From positions 1 to 64,000 of IMG/VR virus record IMGVR_UViG_2617271008_000003: a stretch of DNA of 64,000 nt, one strand, 5' to 3'. The notes below the pieces were generated by a model that was not told the origin of the DNA, did not search any database, and worked only from the letters and a program-made list of their open reading frames with translations. Origin of the DNA: a virus. The translations under genes were made by a program, and so were the position numbers. Position 1 is the stretch's first letter. Every line of letters begins with the position of its first letter. Of this stretch, positions 7,295 to 16,019 are shown piece after piece.

Positions 7295-9483
7295 GCTTCG
7301 CCTCCCTTCCCACCCTGCGCGCCCGACACCAGATCGCGCAGGTTCTGCTTTTCCTGCTCGGCGGTTTCGAGCGCATCGCCTTGGTCGAAGCGACCGCCCA
7401 CGAGTGACCATGCAGACGCCAACACCTGCGCCTGCGCCATGATCTCCTCGACGCGCTTGGGCGGGAGCACCGCCTCTCCCGCATCAGCAGGGACGGCGCC
7501 TCGATAGAGCGGCACGACGTGATCGGGCCTCATGTCCGCGATATCCTCGCGATCGAGGTAGACGCTCGCCGGTTTCAGGCTGACGCAATCGAGCGTCATG
7601 TATGCATCCGGCTCGCGCGCCTCGGCCGGTGCGGCGGCCTGCTCGTCTTCGACGATCTTCAACGCTTCGAGCACGTCGAGGAAGAAAACCAGAGGGCCTG
7701 CCTCGTGTTCCTTGCCGTCCCAGTTGTAGCGCTTGAAGGCTGGCATCGAGGCCGGTGCGGCGGCCTGCGCGCGATAAAGCTCGACTTCCATGCGGAGCAC
7801 TTCTGCAAGGCGCTTGACCAGTTCGATCTTGTTGAGCGGGTCATCGGGATGTACGGGATCTTCGCCGCGCAGGGTCACGCAGACATCTGCAAGCGTTTCG
7901 CTCAGTCGGCGGATCACGTAGGCATCCTCCGACTCTTCGGCAGCGTTCGCTTGAGGTGCGGCGGCCTGCGATTCCCGCGCGGCGACCTCGACGGCGCGAG
8001 CGAACTTGGACAACGCAGGATTGATCGGACAGCCCATGATTCGGGCACTGAGGCGCGCGAGGAGGCTGAAATCAAGCTTCGCCGCCCGCTCGTCGGCCGT
8101 GGCCGGGTTCTTTCGCGTGCCATCGTCGATGTCGCACGAGTCCTCCGGACAGCAGACGCCATCGCGGTTCCCTGCGAGGCACACATCGCCGCCGTTCTGG
8201 CAATGCTGCTTCGGCGCTTTCCAGGGCTCGGCCGTGGCCGGCGATACTGCTGCGCGCTCGTTGGCCGCGTCCGCTTCGGAATGAACAACCTGGCTCAAGC
8301 GTTGTTTCAACTCATCAACCATGCGCTGATAGCGGAGCACAGAAGATTCGAGATGCTGGATGATCTTGTCCGCCGGCGGCGATACTGCTGCGTGCATCAC
8401 GATGTCTCTAAGTTCAACAGCCCGTTCAGCGTCTATGAACTTCGCGATTTCGGCTGCGTCGATAGCGGTTCGAAGCGCATTCGCGTCACAAGCATTCAAC
8501 ATTCGGGTGGCCGGCGATACTGCTGCGCGCGCCTCGCGTAATGCTTCCCGGATGGCGTTCTTCACGTTGACGGGATATGCCATGCCGCCGGGACAGTGGG
8601 CATTGGCGATCCAATCGATGCGATCTTCGTCCGTGGCCTCCCCATCAGCTGCGACAGCCTGAGCGGCTATTTCCGGCACCGTCCAATCGCGAGTCGGGCA
8701 GTCTAAGGCTTGCTGGATAGTGCTGGTTGCATCTTGCCCTTCGCCCAATGGCACGGGGCCGAAATCGTGGATCGATGCCACTCTGACCGGCGCGTCGACA
8801 GCCTGAGCGGCCGATTGGACCTCCCCAATGCCGGCGATCTTCATGCTGTCGAAAATCTCGATCGTGCGCGTGTGGGCTTCGGACCAGCAGTCGACAGCCG
8901 ACATTGGCTCGTGAGACTCCGCTGCGCCGTGCGAAGCATCTTCCAATGCGCGCTTGATCGAGCCACGCACGAACCCGTACAGGTCGCGCCGGTCGATCGT
9001 GATCAGGTTCGCCGCGTTATCCGTCTGCGGCTCCGCGACCGGGGCGGCGGGAGCGGCGTCGAGCATGGCGCTCCAAATCTTCTTGAAGCCGGACCAGCCA
9101 TGTTCGTCGTAGGCGAGGTGGCCCGAATCGGCCATCTCGCGGGTGGCCTCGATCGGCACCAGCTTCCACCCCTTCGGTGCGGGCACTCCTGCTCGCGGGG
9201 AGGTGAGAAGTGCGCGGAGATCGGCGACGAGAAGCGGCGTGAAATTGATGGAATGAATTTTCTCTTGGTCGGCGCCTCGAAGAATGGAATATGCATCCAT
9301 GAAAGCTGCCACACGCTTCCGTGCGGCTTCGCGCTGCTCGTCTCGAATCGGGCTGTGTTGCAAAGCAAAAAGTTCGCGGAGGCGCACGAGCGTTTCGCGG
9401 GGGACGCGTGCGATGCCGTTTTCGCTGCTGTCGATCAGGTGGGCGATATCGCGATCCAGATCGGCGGTGGTGTTGTTCGTCAT
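7291..9483 (-). CDS. Large multi-module phage protein with repeated AAAPA / RAAVSPAT linkers
   Basis: 730 aa starting MTNNTTA, like its paralog at 27825. Contains a 50 aa block identical to 27825-29702, and a Cys cluster CCPEDSCD. Confidence 0.55.
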   Translation of the reverse strand: MTNNTTADLDRDIAHLIDSSENGIARVPRETLVRLRELFALQHSPIRDEQREAARKRVAAFMDAYSILRGADQEKIHSINFTPLLVADLRALLTSPRAGVPAPKGWKLVPIEATREMADSGHLAYDEHGWSGFKKIWSAMLDAAPAAPVAEPQTDNAANLITIDRRDLYGFVRGSIKRALEDASHGAAESHEPMSAVDCWSEAHTRTIEIFDSMKIAGIGEVQSAAQAVDAPVRVASIHDFGPVPLGEGQDATSTIQQALDCPTRDWTVPEIAAQAVAADGEATDEDRIDWIANAHCPGGMAYPVNVKNAIREALREARAAVSPATRMLNACDANALRTAIDAAEIAKFIDAERAVELRDIVMHAAVSPPADKIIQHLESSVLRYQRMVDELKQRLSQVVHSEADAANERAAVSPATAEPWKAPKQHCQNGGDVCLAGNRDGVCCPEDSCDIDDGTRKNPATADERAAKLDFSLLARLSARIMGCPINPALSKFARAVEVAARESQAAAPQANAAEESEDAYVIRRLSETLADVCVTLRGEDPVHPDDPLNKIELVKRLAEVLRMEVELYRAQAAAPASMPAFKRYNWDGKEHEAGPLVFFLDVLEALKIVEDEQAAAPAEAREPDAYMTLDCVSLKPASVYLDREDIADMRPDHVVPLYRGAVPADAGEAVLPPKRVEEIMAQAQVLASAWSLVGGRFDQGDALETAEQEKQNLRDLVSGAQGGKGGEA

Positions 9484-9688
9484 GGTGTCCTCAGATCGTT
9501 GGACTCAGTTGCATCGAAGGGCGCGCGGCTCGCATGTGGCATGCGTTTCAATATGAAGCCGCGCGGCTTGCAGTTCGCGTCAGGGTTGTGACGGGGCCCA
9601 GCCGTCACCCGCGCGCCCGTCGATGGAACCGAGGAAAAAGGGGCGTCGTGTGGACCGCCCAAGGCTCGCTACGGGGGCAGCGATTCGG

Positions 9689-10201
9689 TTAAGCAATCTC
9701 CAAGCGATCGCGCTTGATGAGCTTGGCACCAGGTACTTCCTTACCGGCCTTGATCGCTTTGGCGATTTCTGTCTTGCTCGGCTTGGGCTCGGGAGGCTTC
9801 GGTGTTTTCATGAACTCGGCCGGAATCTGCTTTTCATCGAAGATTTCAACAGCAGAGTCACGCTCAATGTGCAGCTTCGCGGAGAACGTACCGTCATGCG
9901 CCTTGATCTCGGTGATACCAGCGCGCTTCATGCTGTCCGCGAGGTAAGCCCGCAGCTTTACTTGCTTGGCGACGATTGCAGCCTTGCGCGCGGCCACTTG
10001 GGCCTCGTGCGCTTCGATGGCGGTCAGCGTGGAATCTTGGTTGAGGATGTAGGCGCAAACGCTCACACCCTTGTCCTTCGTCATCGCCAGCGCTTCGACT
10101 AGTTCAGCCGACAGTTCGCCGGTTTCCTGATCAATCGCGCTCGGATCGTTAAGAAGCTGCTCGACTTGCGAGGACAACGTGTAGAGGCTCAGGGTTGTCA
10201 T
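9689..10201 (-). CDS. Siphovirus Gp157-family protein
   Basis: MTTLSLYTLSSQVEQLLNDPSAIDQETGEL... coiled-coil protein. Start chosen at the internal ATG with SD GAGGG, 10 nt after the upstream stop. Confidence 0.55.
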   Translation of the reverse strand: MTTLSLYTLSSQVEQLLNDPSAIDQETGELSAELVEALAMTKDKGVSVCAYILNQDSTLTAIEAHEAQVAARKAAIVAKQVKLRAYLADSMKRAGITEIKAHDGTFSAKLHIERDSAVEIFDEKQIPAEFMKTPKPPEPKPSKTEIAKAIKAGKEVPGAKLIKRDRLEIA

Positions 10202-10211
10202 GGCTTGGCCC

Positions 10212-10850
10212 TCAGAACGGGATATCGTCGTCCATCTCGTCGAATCCGCCAGTAGGCGCGTTGCCATGGGGCTGACGAGATGTGGTTTGCGGTGCTCCAT
10301 TGCGCTTCTTCAGCGGTCGATGGCGCAGTGACTGAACCACCTTTGCAAGCTGGAGCGGCTGCACCTTGCGGTCGAGAATTTCTGCTGCCATCAGCTCGGT
10401 TGTCGGATCGAAGAATGCGGCCGGCACAACCTTGGTGCCAATCGAGCCGTCGTTTTTCTCGTAGTCTTCGGTCTCGAAGAGGATGCCGATCTTTTTCGAC
10501 ATCAACTCTTTGAACACTTCGGCTTCGACCTCGACCATGCTGGACGAATTGCGGTCCCACTTTTTCACGACGGCGCGAACGGGCTCGATGTTGCGAACGC
10601 GCATGCAGGCCATCATGGCTTGCAGTTGCTTGAAGCCGAACAACGATTCGCCTTGCGCGTTGAGCGTCCAGAGCGAAAAGTTCGCGCTGAGTCGATCATC
10701 CGTCTCGAAAGCGAAGTCGATGCCGCGCGTTCCTTTGGCGCTGGTCACGTCTTCAGCGCGAGAGAAGGTACCGATGAACTTCCCGATTTCGTTAATGCGA
10801 CCACTGCGCTCATCGGCTTGTCGGGCAGCGTTGATGTCAAGTGCGTACAT
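10212..10850 (-). CDS. DUF669-like phage ssDNA-binding protein with SSB-type acidic C-terminal tail (DDDIPF)
   Basis: The C-terminus GGFDEMDDDIPF is the canonical SSB protein-interaction tail. Adjacent to the Sak4-like ATPase, as in known phage Sak4/SSB pairs. Confidence 0.55.
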   Translation of the reverse strand: MYALDINAARQADERSGRINEIGKFIGTFSRAEDVTSAKGTRGIDFAFETDDRLSANFSLWTLNAQGESLFGFKQLQAMMACMRVRNIEPVRAVVKKWDRNSSSMVEVEAEVFKELMSKKIGILFETEDYEKNDGSIGTKVVPAAFFDPTTELMAAEILDRKVQPLQLAKVVQSLRHRPLKKRNGAPQTTSRQPHGNAPTGGFDEMDDDIPF

Positions 10851-10863
10851 TGCGATTCCTTAT

Positions 10864-11529
10864 TCAGGCGGGTGCGTGGATATCGTAGAAAGCTGCGATC
10901 GCGCTATCGATTTCAGCAAGATCGTTCGGCACGCGATCAGCATCGAACAATCCCATCGGGCTTTTAACGGTGTCCCTTCCGTTGTTGCGTGTCGTAAAGG
11001 TGTACTCACCATCACTGACATCGGTGCGAAGCACGATCGTTACCAACCCTTCCATGACGATCTTTTCGTCGAGAAGCTTGCCGATCGTCTTGATCTTGGT
11101 CTTGCCGAAGTCGTCGGTGGCCGTGTGACTGAGGATGTACACTCGCTTGTAATCGGCCAGTGATCCAGCAGCCATGAGAATGTCCCAGGCATGACGAGCG
11201 ATTTCGTTGTACTTGGCAAAGGCTGAGTTGCCGACTTCAACGTCTGTCACCCGGCGCATAAACTCATTCGCTAGAATGTATTGAAAATCATCGATGATGA
11301 TGATTTCCTTCTTGGTCTTCTCCATCGCCTTGACGATATGGTCGCTGTTGTCCGTCACGTAGACCGATCCATCTTGGCCTTTGGCAATAGGCTTCCAGCC
11401 AGTCGACTTAAAAGGCAGCGGCTTCTTGACTGCCTGAATCAGCAGAGTCTTGGCGGGGTCGAGATTGCGCATGCCGGCACTCTTGCCGGTCCCGCTTTCG
11501 CCGATCACCATCGTTGCAATGCTCATCAT
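10864..11529 (-). CDS. Sak4-like RecA-fold ATPase (AAA_24 family) recombination protein
   Basis: Walker A GESGTGKS near the N-terminus. 221 aa. Sits in the recombination module. Confidence 0.7.
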   Translation of the reverse strand: MMSIATMVIGESGTGKSAGMRNLDPAKTLLIQAVKKPLPFKSTGWKPIAKGQDGSVYVTDNSDHIVKAMEKTKKEIIIIDDFQYILANEFMRRVTDVEVGNSAFAKYNEIARHAWDILMAAGSLADYKRVYILSHTATDDFGKTKIKTIGKLLDEKIVMEGLVTIVLRTDVSDGEYTFTTRNNGRDTVKSPMGLFDADRVPNDLAEIDSAIAAFYDIHAPA

Positions 11530-11604
11530 GTTCTCCTTGTAAGTCGTGCCATTCGAGGAATTCTTGAAGTTCTTGTTGCTGTCGGTAGTCAGGTCCGTCT
11601 CTCA

Positions 11605-11865
11605 TCACGCACCCCAAACGCGAGGCACAGACATTCCGTCTTGATTGAGGCGGGCGATCACATACGTGGCACCGGCAGCAATGAGCACAGCCACCAGATA
11701 GCCCGCGATAGGGCTACGCTTGTGCAGGCGTTCGAGCAGATCGCCGAGGTAGTCGAAGGGCGTGTTCATGCGGCACCCATGTTCTTGCCGATCTCGGCGG
11801 CAGCGCGAGTGATTGCGCGGCGCAGTGCGGCGCACTGGTCGCCGCGAGTTTCGTGGTGCCAGCAA
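11605..11865 (-). CDS. Hypothetical small membrane protein
   Basis: Hydrophobic C-terminal segment IAGYLVAVLIAAGATYVIA. Confidence 0.3.
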   Translation of the reverse strand: MLAPRNSRRPVRRTAPRNHSRCRRDRQEHGCRMNTPFDYLGDLLERLHKRSPIAGYLVAVLIAAGATYVIARLNQDGMSVPRVWGA

Positions 11866-12140
11866 ATGAACTCAGCCACATCGGGGGCGAGTTTCTGCTT
11901 GTCGTATGTCTCGCCCACGCTTGCGTAGCTGCCGTAAGCTCCGACGATGAGATTCAGCTTCACCGCCAGCCGCAGCGCGTCGCCATCGTCCGCTAGCGGA
12001 TTCCAGAGGGAATTAGCATCCCAATGTTCCCCCTTTACTTTGTCCGCCGAAAGGCGATACATGCCTTTCCAGAATTCATTCCACCGCAGGTCAAGCCCCG
12101 CCGCCTTCGCCGCCAGTTCCAACAGTTCTCGATCGTTCAT
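11766..12140 (-). CDS. Conserved phage protein, paralog of 5873-6217
   Basis: MNDRELLELAAKAAG...NPLADDGDALRLAVKL... Start at the internal ATG overlapping the upstream stop (ATGA). Confidence 0.5.
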   Translation of the reverse strand: MNDRELLELAAKAAGLDLRWNEFWKGMYRLSADKVKGEHWDANSLWNPLADDGDALRLAVKLNLIVGAYGSYASVGETYDKQKLAPDVAEFICWHHETRGDQCAALRRAITRAAAEIGKNMGAA

Positions 12141-12364
12141 TTCGCTAATCCAGAGAGAATTTCGTCTTTGGCGAACATCGGATTCGCCGCAGTAATCCAG
12201 AAGCCGGCCGCGTTCTTGCACATGCCTGCTGCTTCCATTTCCTCCACCGAACGGCACCGGCGATCAATGCCGAAACCGCCGATGCGGTGTTTGTCGAAAG
12301 CTGCGGTCGAGTTGAAGAACTGCTTGCAGCCTTGACACTGGTTGCGATCGCCGCTGAGGTTCAT
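12137..12364 (-). CDS. Hypothetical zinc-ribbon protein
   Basis: 75 aa with CQGC..C motifs. Confidence 0.4.
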   Translation of the reverse strand: MNLSGDRNQCQGCKQFFNSTAAFDKHRIGGFGIDRRCRSVEEMEAAGMCKNAAGFWITAANPMFAKDEILSGLAK

Positions 12365-12597
12365 CGTGCAACTCCAGTAATCAGTTCAACAGCAGGCGCG
12401 ACGCCCGAAGCGATGAGATACAGCGCAAAGAGGATCGCGAAATCGAGCCAGTCGGGGCGGTTCATGGTCAGCACCAGCAGATATCGTCGTAGAAGATCGT
12501 CGTGAAGCACTCGTGAATCAGATGCCCGTCCGAGCACCGGTAATCCACGCTGTGCAACACGCCGTGCTTGAGGTCGATGTAGGTGTGGGTTCTCATC

Positions 12598-13032
12598 TCA
12601 GGCTCCTGCCTTCGCGAGCGCGTCTTCGCCGAGGCGCGTCAACTGGTCGAACAGTTCGTCGGCATCATCAAACACGCGCCGAGCTTCTTCGGCCGTCGCC
12701 ATGTGCGTGAACCGGACGTCGTGCAGATGGTGGTAATCGCAACCAACCTTTACCGACGTGACGCGACCCTCGTACATCGGGTATTCGAGAAGCGACGGGC
12801 CACCGTGCAAGATCAGCATGTTCGCCGCGTCCTGCCACATTTGCGGGCCCTCGAACTTCGCAAAGTGCGGATGCTGGGGATAGATGTACGCGTAGACGCA
12901 CCAGCGGTTCTGGCCTTCGCTGTCGTACTCGCGGCTGAGGCCACTGCTGTGCCGGCTGATTTCGACCATGAAGTCTTTCCCGCGCCGGCGCCACACATCC
13001 TTGTGATCCCACTGCTGCTTGCTCTCGCTCAT
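12598..13032 (-). CDS. Hypothetical phage protein
   Basis: 144 aa ORF in the operon. No recognisable domain. Confidence 0.4.
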   Translation of the reverse strand: MSESKQQWDHKDVWRRRGKDFMVEISRHSSGLSREYDSEGQNRWCVYAYIYPQHPHFAKFEGPQMWQDAANMLILHGGPSLLEYPMYEGRVTSVKVGCDYHHLHDVRFTHMATAEEARRVFDDADELFDQLTRLGEDALAKAGA

Positions 13033-13056
13033 AAATCCCCCGGTGGTGTCAGTTGG

Positions 13057-13332
13057 TCAGAAGCCGCGATAGACGCGGGCCGGATGAAAGAAGGACGCCG
13101 CGAGTTCGCGCAGTTGCCAGAGAGCCCCATCGGCGTGTCCGTCGGACCAGTGTTCAACTTCGTACACTCCAAGCACCTCGTCTCGGCTATCACGCGCCAC
13201 CCACTTCCAGCAGGGGCGATTCGTCATTACGGACGTTCCCTTTACGAACTGCGATCGAGCTACTGCTTTCCCGTTTCGGCAGATTCCTTTGGGGCCTTGC
13301 AGCCGCTGAGCTTCCATGTCTTTCACCTGCAT
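13057..13332 (-). CDS. Hypothetical phage protein
   Basis: 91 aa ORF. Confidence 0.35.
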   Translation of the reverse strand: MQVKDMEAQRLQGPKGICRNGKAVARSQFVKGTSVMTNRPCWKWVARDSRDEVLGVYEVEHWSDGHADGALWQLRELAASFFHPARVYRGF

Positions 13333-13411
13333 TCGAAAAAGGGAGGCGCCATACAGGCCGCCACCGAAGAACGCCGCGCAATCCGAGGGCCACGCGCAGC
13401 GCTGAGAGTCG

Positions 13412-13615
13412 TTACCAGTGGGTGTCGTTGTCGTCCTGCTTGCCCTTGATGCCGCGGTGCAGCCCGGTGGCCACGAAGGCGAGCACGATCAGCACGATGA
13501 AGCCGGCGGCTTCGAGCCATTCGGTGGGGGTCACAGTTCGTCTCCCAGGCTCACTTTCGGATGGTCCGAGCAGTGGCTGTAGCCGCTGTTGCCGGCGGGG
13601 AAGCTGCGGCCACAC
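13412..13615 (-). CDS. Hypothetical small membrane protein
   Basis: 67 aa with one TM helix AAGFIVLIVLAFVATGL. Confidence 0.35.
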   Translation of the reverse strand: MWPQLPRRQQRLQPLLGPSESEPGRRTVTPTEWLEAAGFIVLIVLAFVATGLHRGIKGKQDDNDTHW

Positions 13616-13911
13616 TGCGAGCAGTAGGTGCGCATGAACTTCTTGCCGCGCGCGCAGGCATCCACGGCGTCATCGAACAGGTTGTCGATCTGCCAGAGAA
13701 AGTGGCGACGGTCCGTGTGAAACGTGCGCATCAGTTGCTCGCGATCCGACTTGTGCAGGTTGGCGAGCTTTTCGAGCACGTCATCGAGCGTGACTGCGCG
13801 GCGCTTGGCGTCGAGTTCCGCAGCCAGCGCGTCCTGGGCGTCGTGGAACTGTTGCAGCGTTCGATCGGACCAGAACTCGACGGCGCGCTCGGTGTGAGAG
13901 AGGGGGCGCAT
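13531..13911 (-). CDS. Hypothetical protein with C-terminal zinc ribbon
   Basis: Start at the internal ATG overlapping the upstream stop. CSQCGRSF..HCSDH motif. Confidence 0.4.
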   Translation of the reverse strand: MRPLSHTERAVEFWSDRTLQQFHDAQDALAAELDAKRRAVTLDDVLEKLANLHKSDREQLMRTFHTDRRHFLWQIDNLFDDAVDACARGKKFMRTYCSQCGRSFPAGNSGYSHCSDHPKVSLGDEL

Positions 13912-13912
13912 G

Positions 13913-14224
13913 TTAGGCCTCGACCTTCGGCAGTGCGGCGATTTGGTCCAGGATCTCCTCGACCTCATGCCATTGAAGATGCCCCAACACGTCGTTGGTG
14001 ATGGGAGTGGAGTAGTCGAGGTGCCACGTATCGTCTCCGAACGTGACAACACCCAATTCCCACTTTCCGTCTTCGCCGCCATAGGTGAAGTAGCCGCGAA
14101 CCACGCTGGCACCGTATCCGTTGTCGAAGCGATAGATCTTTTGCTCGCCCTTGATGCCATGCATCGTTCCGCGATCGATTTCGCGGTAAGGGACGTGCTT
14201 GCTGCTCTCGTTGGTGGTGGTCAT
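13913..14224 (-). CDS. Hypothetical phage protein (first gene of leftward operon)
   Basis: MTTTNESSKHVPYREID... Internal ATG preferred because it has an upstream GGGGG SD and the 14278 start has none. Confidence 0.4.
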   Translation of the reverse strand: MTTTNESSKHVPYREIDRGTMHGIKGEQKIYRFDNGYGASVVRGYFTYGGEDGKWELGVVTFGDDTWHLDYSTPITNDVLGHLQWHEVEEILDQIAALPKVEA

Positions 14225-15007
14225 GTCAGTACCCCCGTAAGTAATATGGAGTGCTAATTGAGTAACAAACAGCTTCATGGAGCCGGGCCGGTGCTGTCAT
14301 CTTTCCGGCTTTGCGGCGATAGGCGTGCAGTAACGCCTCGTTTTATAGCTCGGCAGGACTCGAACCTGCGATATACGGCGCGTGTTGGCCCGCTGCCTCA
14401 TACCAACTCTGTGCTATCGCAGCTCTCGCTCGCATGATTAGCCCGTCAGCCCGGGCATTCCGGCTCCATGAAACTGCTTCCACTCGCGCGCCCGGCTACA
14501 CCTGGTCTAGCCAGCTCCGGGTCGCGCGAGGTTTGCGATCGATTACGACGCCATCAATCGCTACTACGGCTGTCTTGCATCAGGTCCAATCAGACTTCTT
14601 CCAGTAGCCAGCATCGGCCTAGCGTGGTTGGTCTGTCCTGACTCACCGTGCAGATCACACGGGCGCGGGGAATATCTCCGTTGTTCTGGCCTTACGGCCC
14701 GCGCTTGATGATGTGGATCGAGTGGGTTCAGGGCTGGCGGCTTGGCAGGGCGCTACACCTGCTATAGCCGGTCAGTCCGGTGAAAGGCTCGGCGCTTATT
14801 CCGGGCTATTCGCGCTGCCACCTAAGAGTCGTCCTCCGGGGCATCTTTCGACTTGAGCCTCCATCCGTCTTGCACATCGACACAAGACGGCAGCGTGTCT
14901 GCTTTCCACGCCGCAAGCCGCCAGTACTGAAGCTACTCAATCCACGTTGTTAAAGAGCGTTCCGCTTGGGGCGGTAGGTCTGCCAGTGGCGGTGACTTGA
15001 GACGATT

Positions 15008-15047
15008 AAACCATATGGTGTATGTCGAGTCAACACCAAACGGTTTA
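15008..15047. promoter_or_regulatory. Operator-like palindromes (OL candidate): ACCATATGGT and CACCAAACGGT
   Basis: Same ACC-N4-GGT palindrome family as the three sites between the CI-like and Cro-like genes. Confidence 0.4.
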
Positions 15048-15158
15048 TAGCCTACTGCGAATTTGTAACAGCGGGGAAGATGGGGCAGCACGCGGGCACA
15101 AAAACCCGCCGGAGCGGGTTGAGGCGACCTACGATGAAAGACCTATGCGGAGGCGACC

Positions 15159-15359
15159 ATGACACCCAAGGACGTGCTAACCATCTTTGAGCGCTTGAAC
15201 GTAGAGGGAAGAGCCGCAGTGGGCTTGGAATACACCTGCGCGGGATTCGCTGGATGGCTGGCGGAAGCCTGGGACCGCCTAGATGATCGTGACATTGCAG
15301 TTCTGACGTCGGTGGGAGCGACGCTATGGCGCGAAGGGTTCAACGTGCGCCGGATATGA
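15159..15359 (+). CDS. Hypothetical small protein
   Basis: 66 aa ORF with SD GGAGG. Confidence 0.3.
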   Translation: MTPKDVLTIFERLNVEGRAAVGLEYTCAGFAGWLAEAWDRLDDRDIAVLTSVGATLWREGFNVRRI

Positions 15360-15677
15360 AAAGCCCTACGGTGTCACGACCGCCTCGACACACGGCCGGA
15401 TCGACCGCCCTTCGTAGACAAGCACCGCCAGGAAAAAAGTGCGTGTGCGGCCAAGCCAGGAGCGGCAGAAGACCGTTCCGATCGGAGCTGTCGCGGCTAT
15501 CAAGAAGCATTCCCCACTCCGTAAGAAATGTATGATTACGATCAATGTTTGTGCATTCTCCTGGCCACTATGCGTCGGTCTGGTGCAACAGTTTCATGAA
15601 GATGCTGAATTTTTAGATAGCACTTAGACCAAGCCAAGCGAATCCAGTTGAAGCGTCGTCCGTTCCTTGGCAAACTA

Positions 15678-15693
15678 CTGTACAAACATACAG
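15678..15693. promoter_or_regulatory. LexA (SOS) box CTGTACAAACATACAG
   Basis: Perfect CTGT-N8-ACAG consensus, 27-45 nt upstream of the ATG pair at 15720. Confidence 0.55.
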
Positions 15694-15719
15694 TGATTAG
15701 GCCGGATCGAACGGGAGCT

Positions 15720-16019
15720 ATGATGAGCGCGAGCGGAGAGCAGCGGGGGGGATTGCGGTGCAGGCCGGGGGATCTGGCGCGAGTGGTGTATTCCGCGAAC
15801 CCGCTGCTGATTGGGCGAACCGTGTTTATTGAAGGGTGGGGAGGGCATGGACGATGGAACGTCACGCTCCTCGGCGCGCCGTCGTTTGGCCTTGAGTTCG
15901 AGACGAAACGCCCTGTCGTCGGAAACAAGACTGCCTTCAGGGATTCTTCGCTCGCCCCTATTGGGGATCTCGATGGCCGGGAAGAGTCAGTCGGAGGGAT
16001 ATCGGCCGTCGCTTGTTAG
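15720..16019 (+). CDS. Hypothetical protein downstream of LexA box (possible SOS-controlled antirepressor-type gene)
   Basis: The ORF track ORF starts at a TTG at 15648. Preferred start is the ATG at 15720 after GGGAG. Function unknown. Confidence 0.35.
   Translation: MMSASGEQRGGLRCRPGDLARVVYSANPLLIGRTVFIEGWGGHGRWNVTLLGAPSFGLEFETKRPVVGNKTAFRDSSLAPIGDLDGREESVGGISAVAC

Noticed and set aside
7519-8541. 340 aa plus-strand ORF, and likewise 8710-9591 +, 28236-29561 -, 42860-44782 -, 45605-46609 -, 21833-22822 +
   Set aside because: Arg/Ala/Gly-rich low-complexity translations antisense to well-supported genes. These are typical GC-rich shadow ORFs with no SD or coupling signals.
14345-14372. Possible full tRNA gene on minus strand (GGTTCGAGTCCTGC T-arm)
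   Set aside because: No matching 5' acceptor strand, D arm or anticodon arm can be built. Only the 3' ~24 nt of a tRNA are present. It is kept as a possible att-type remnant in the findings.
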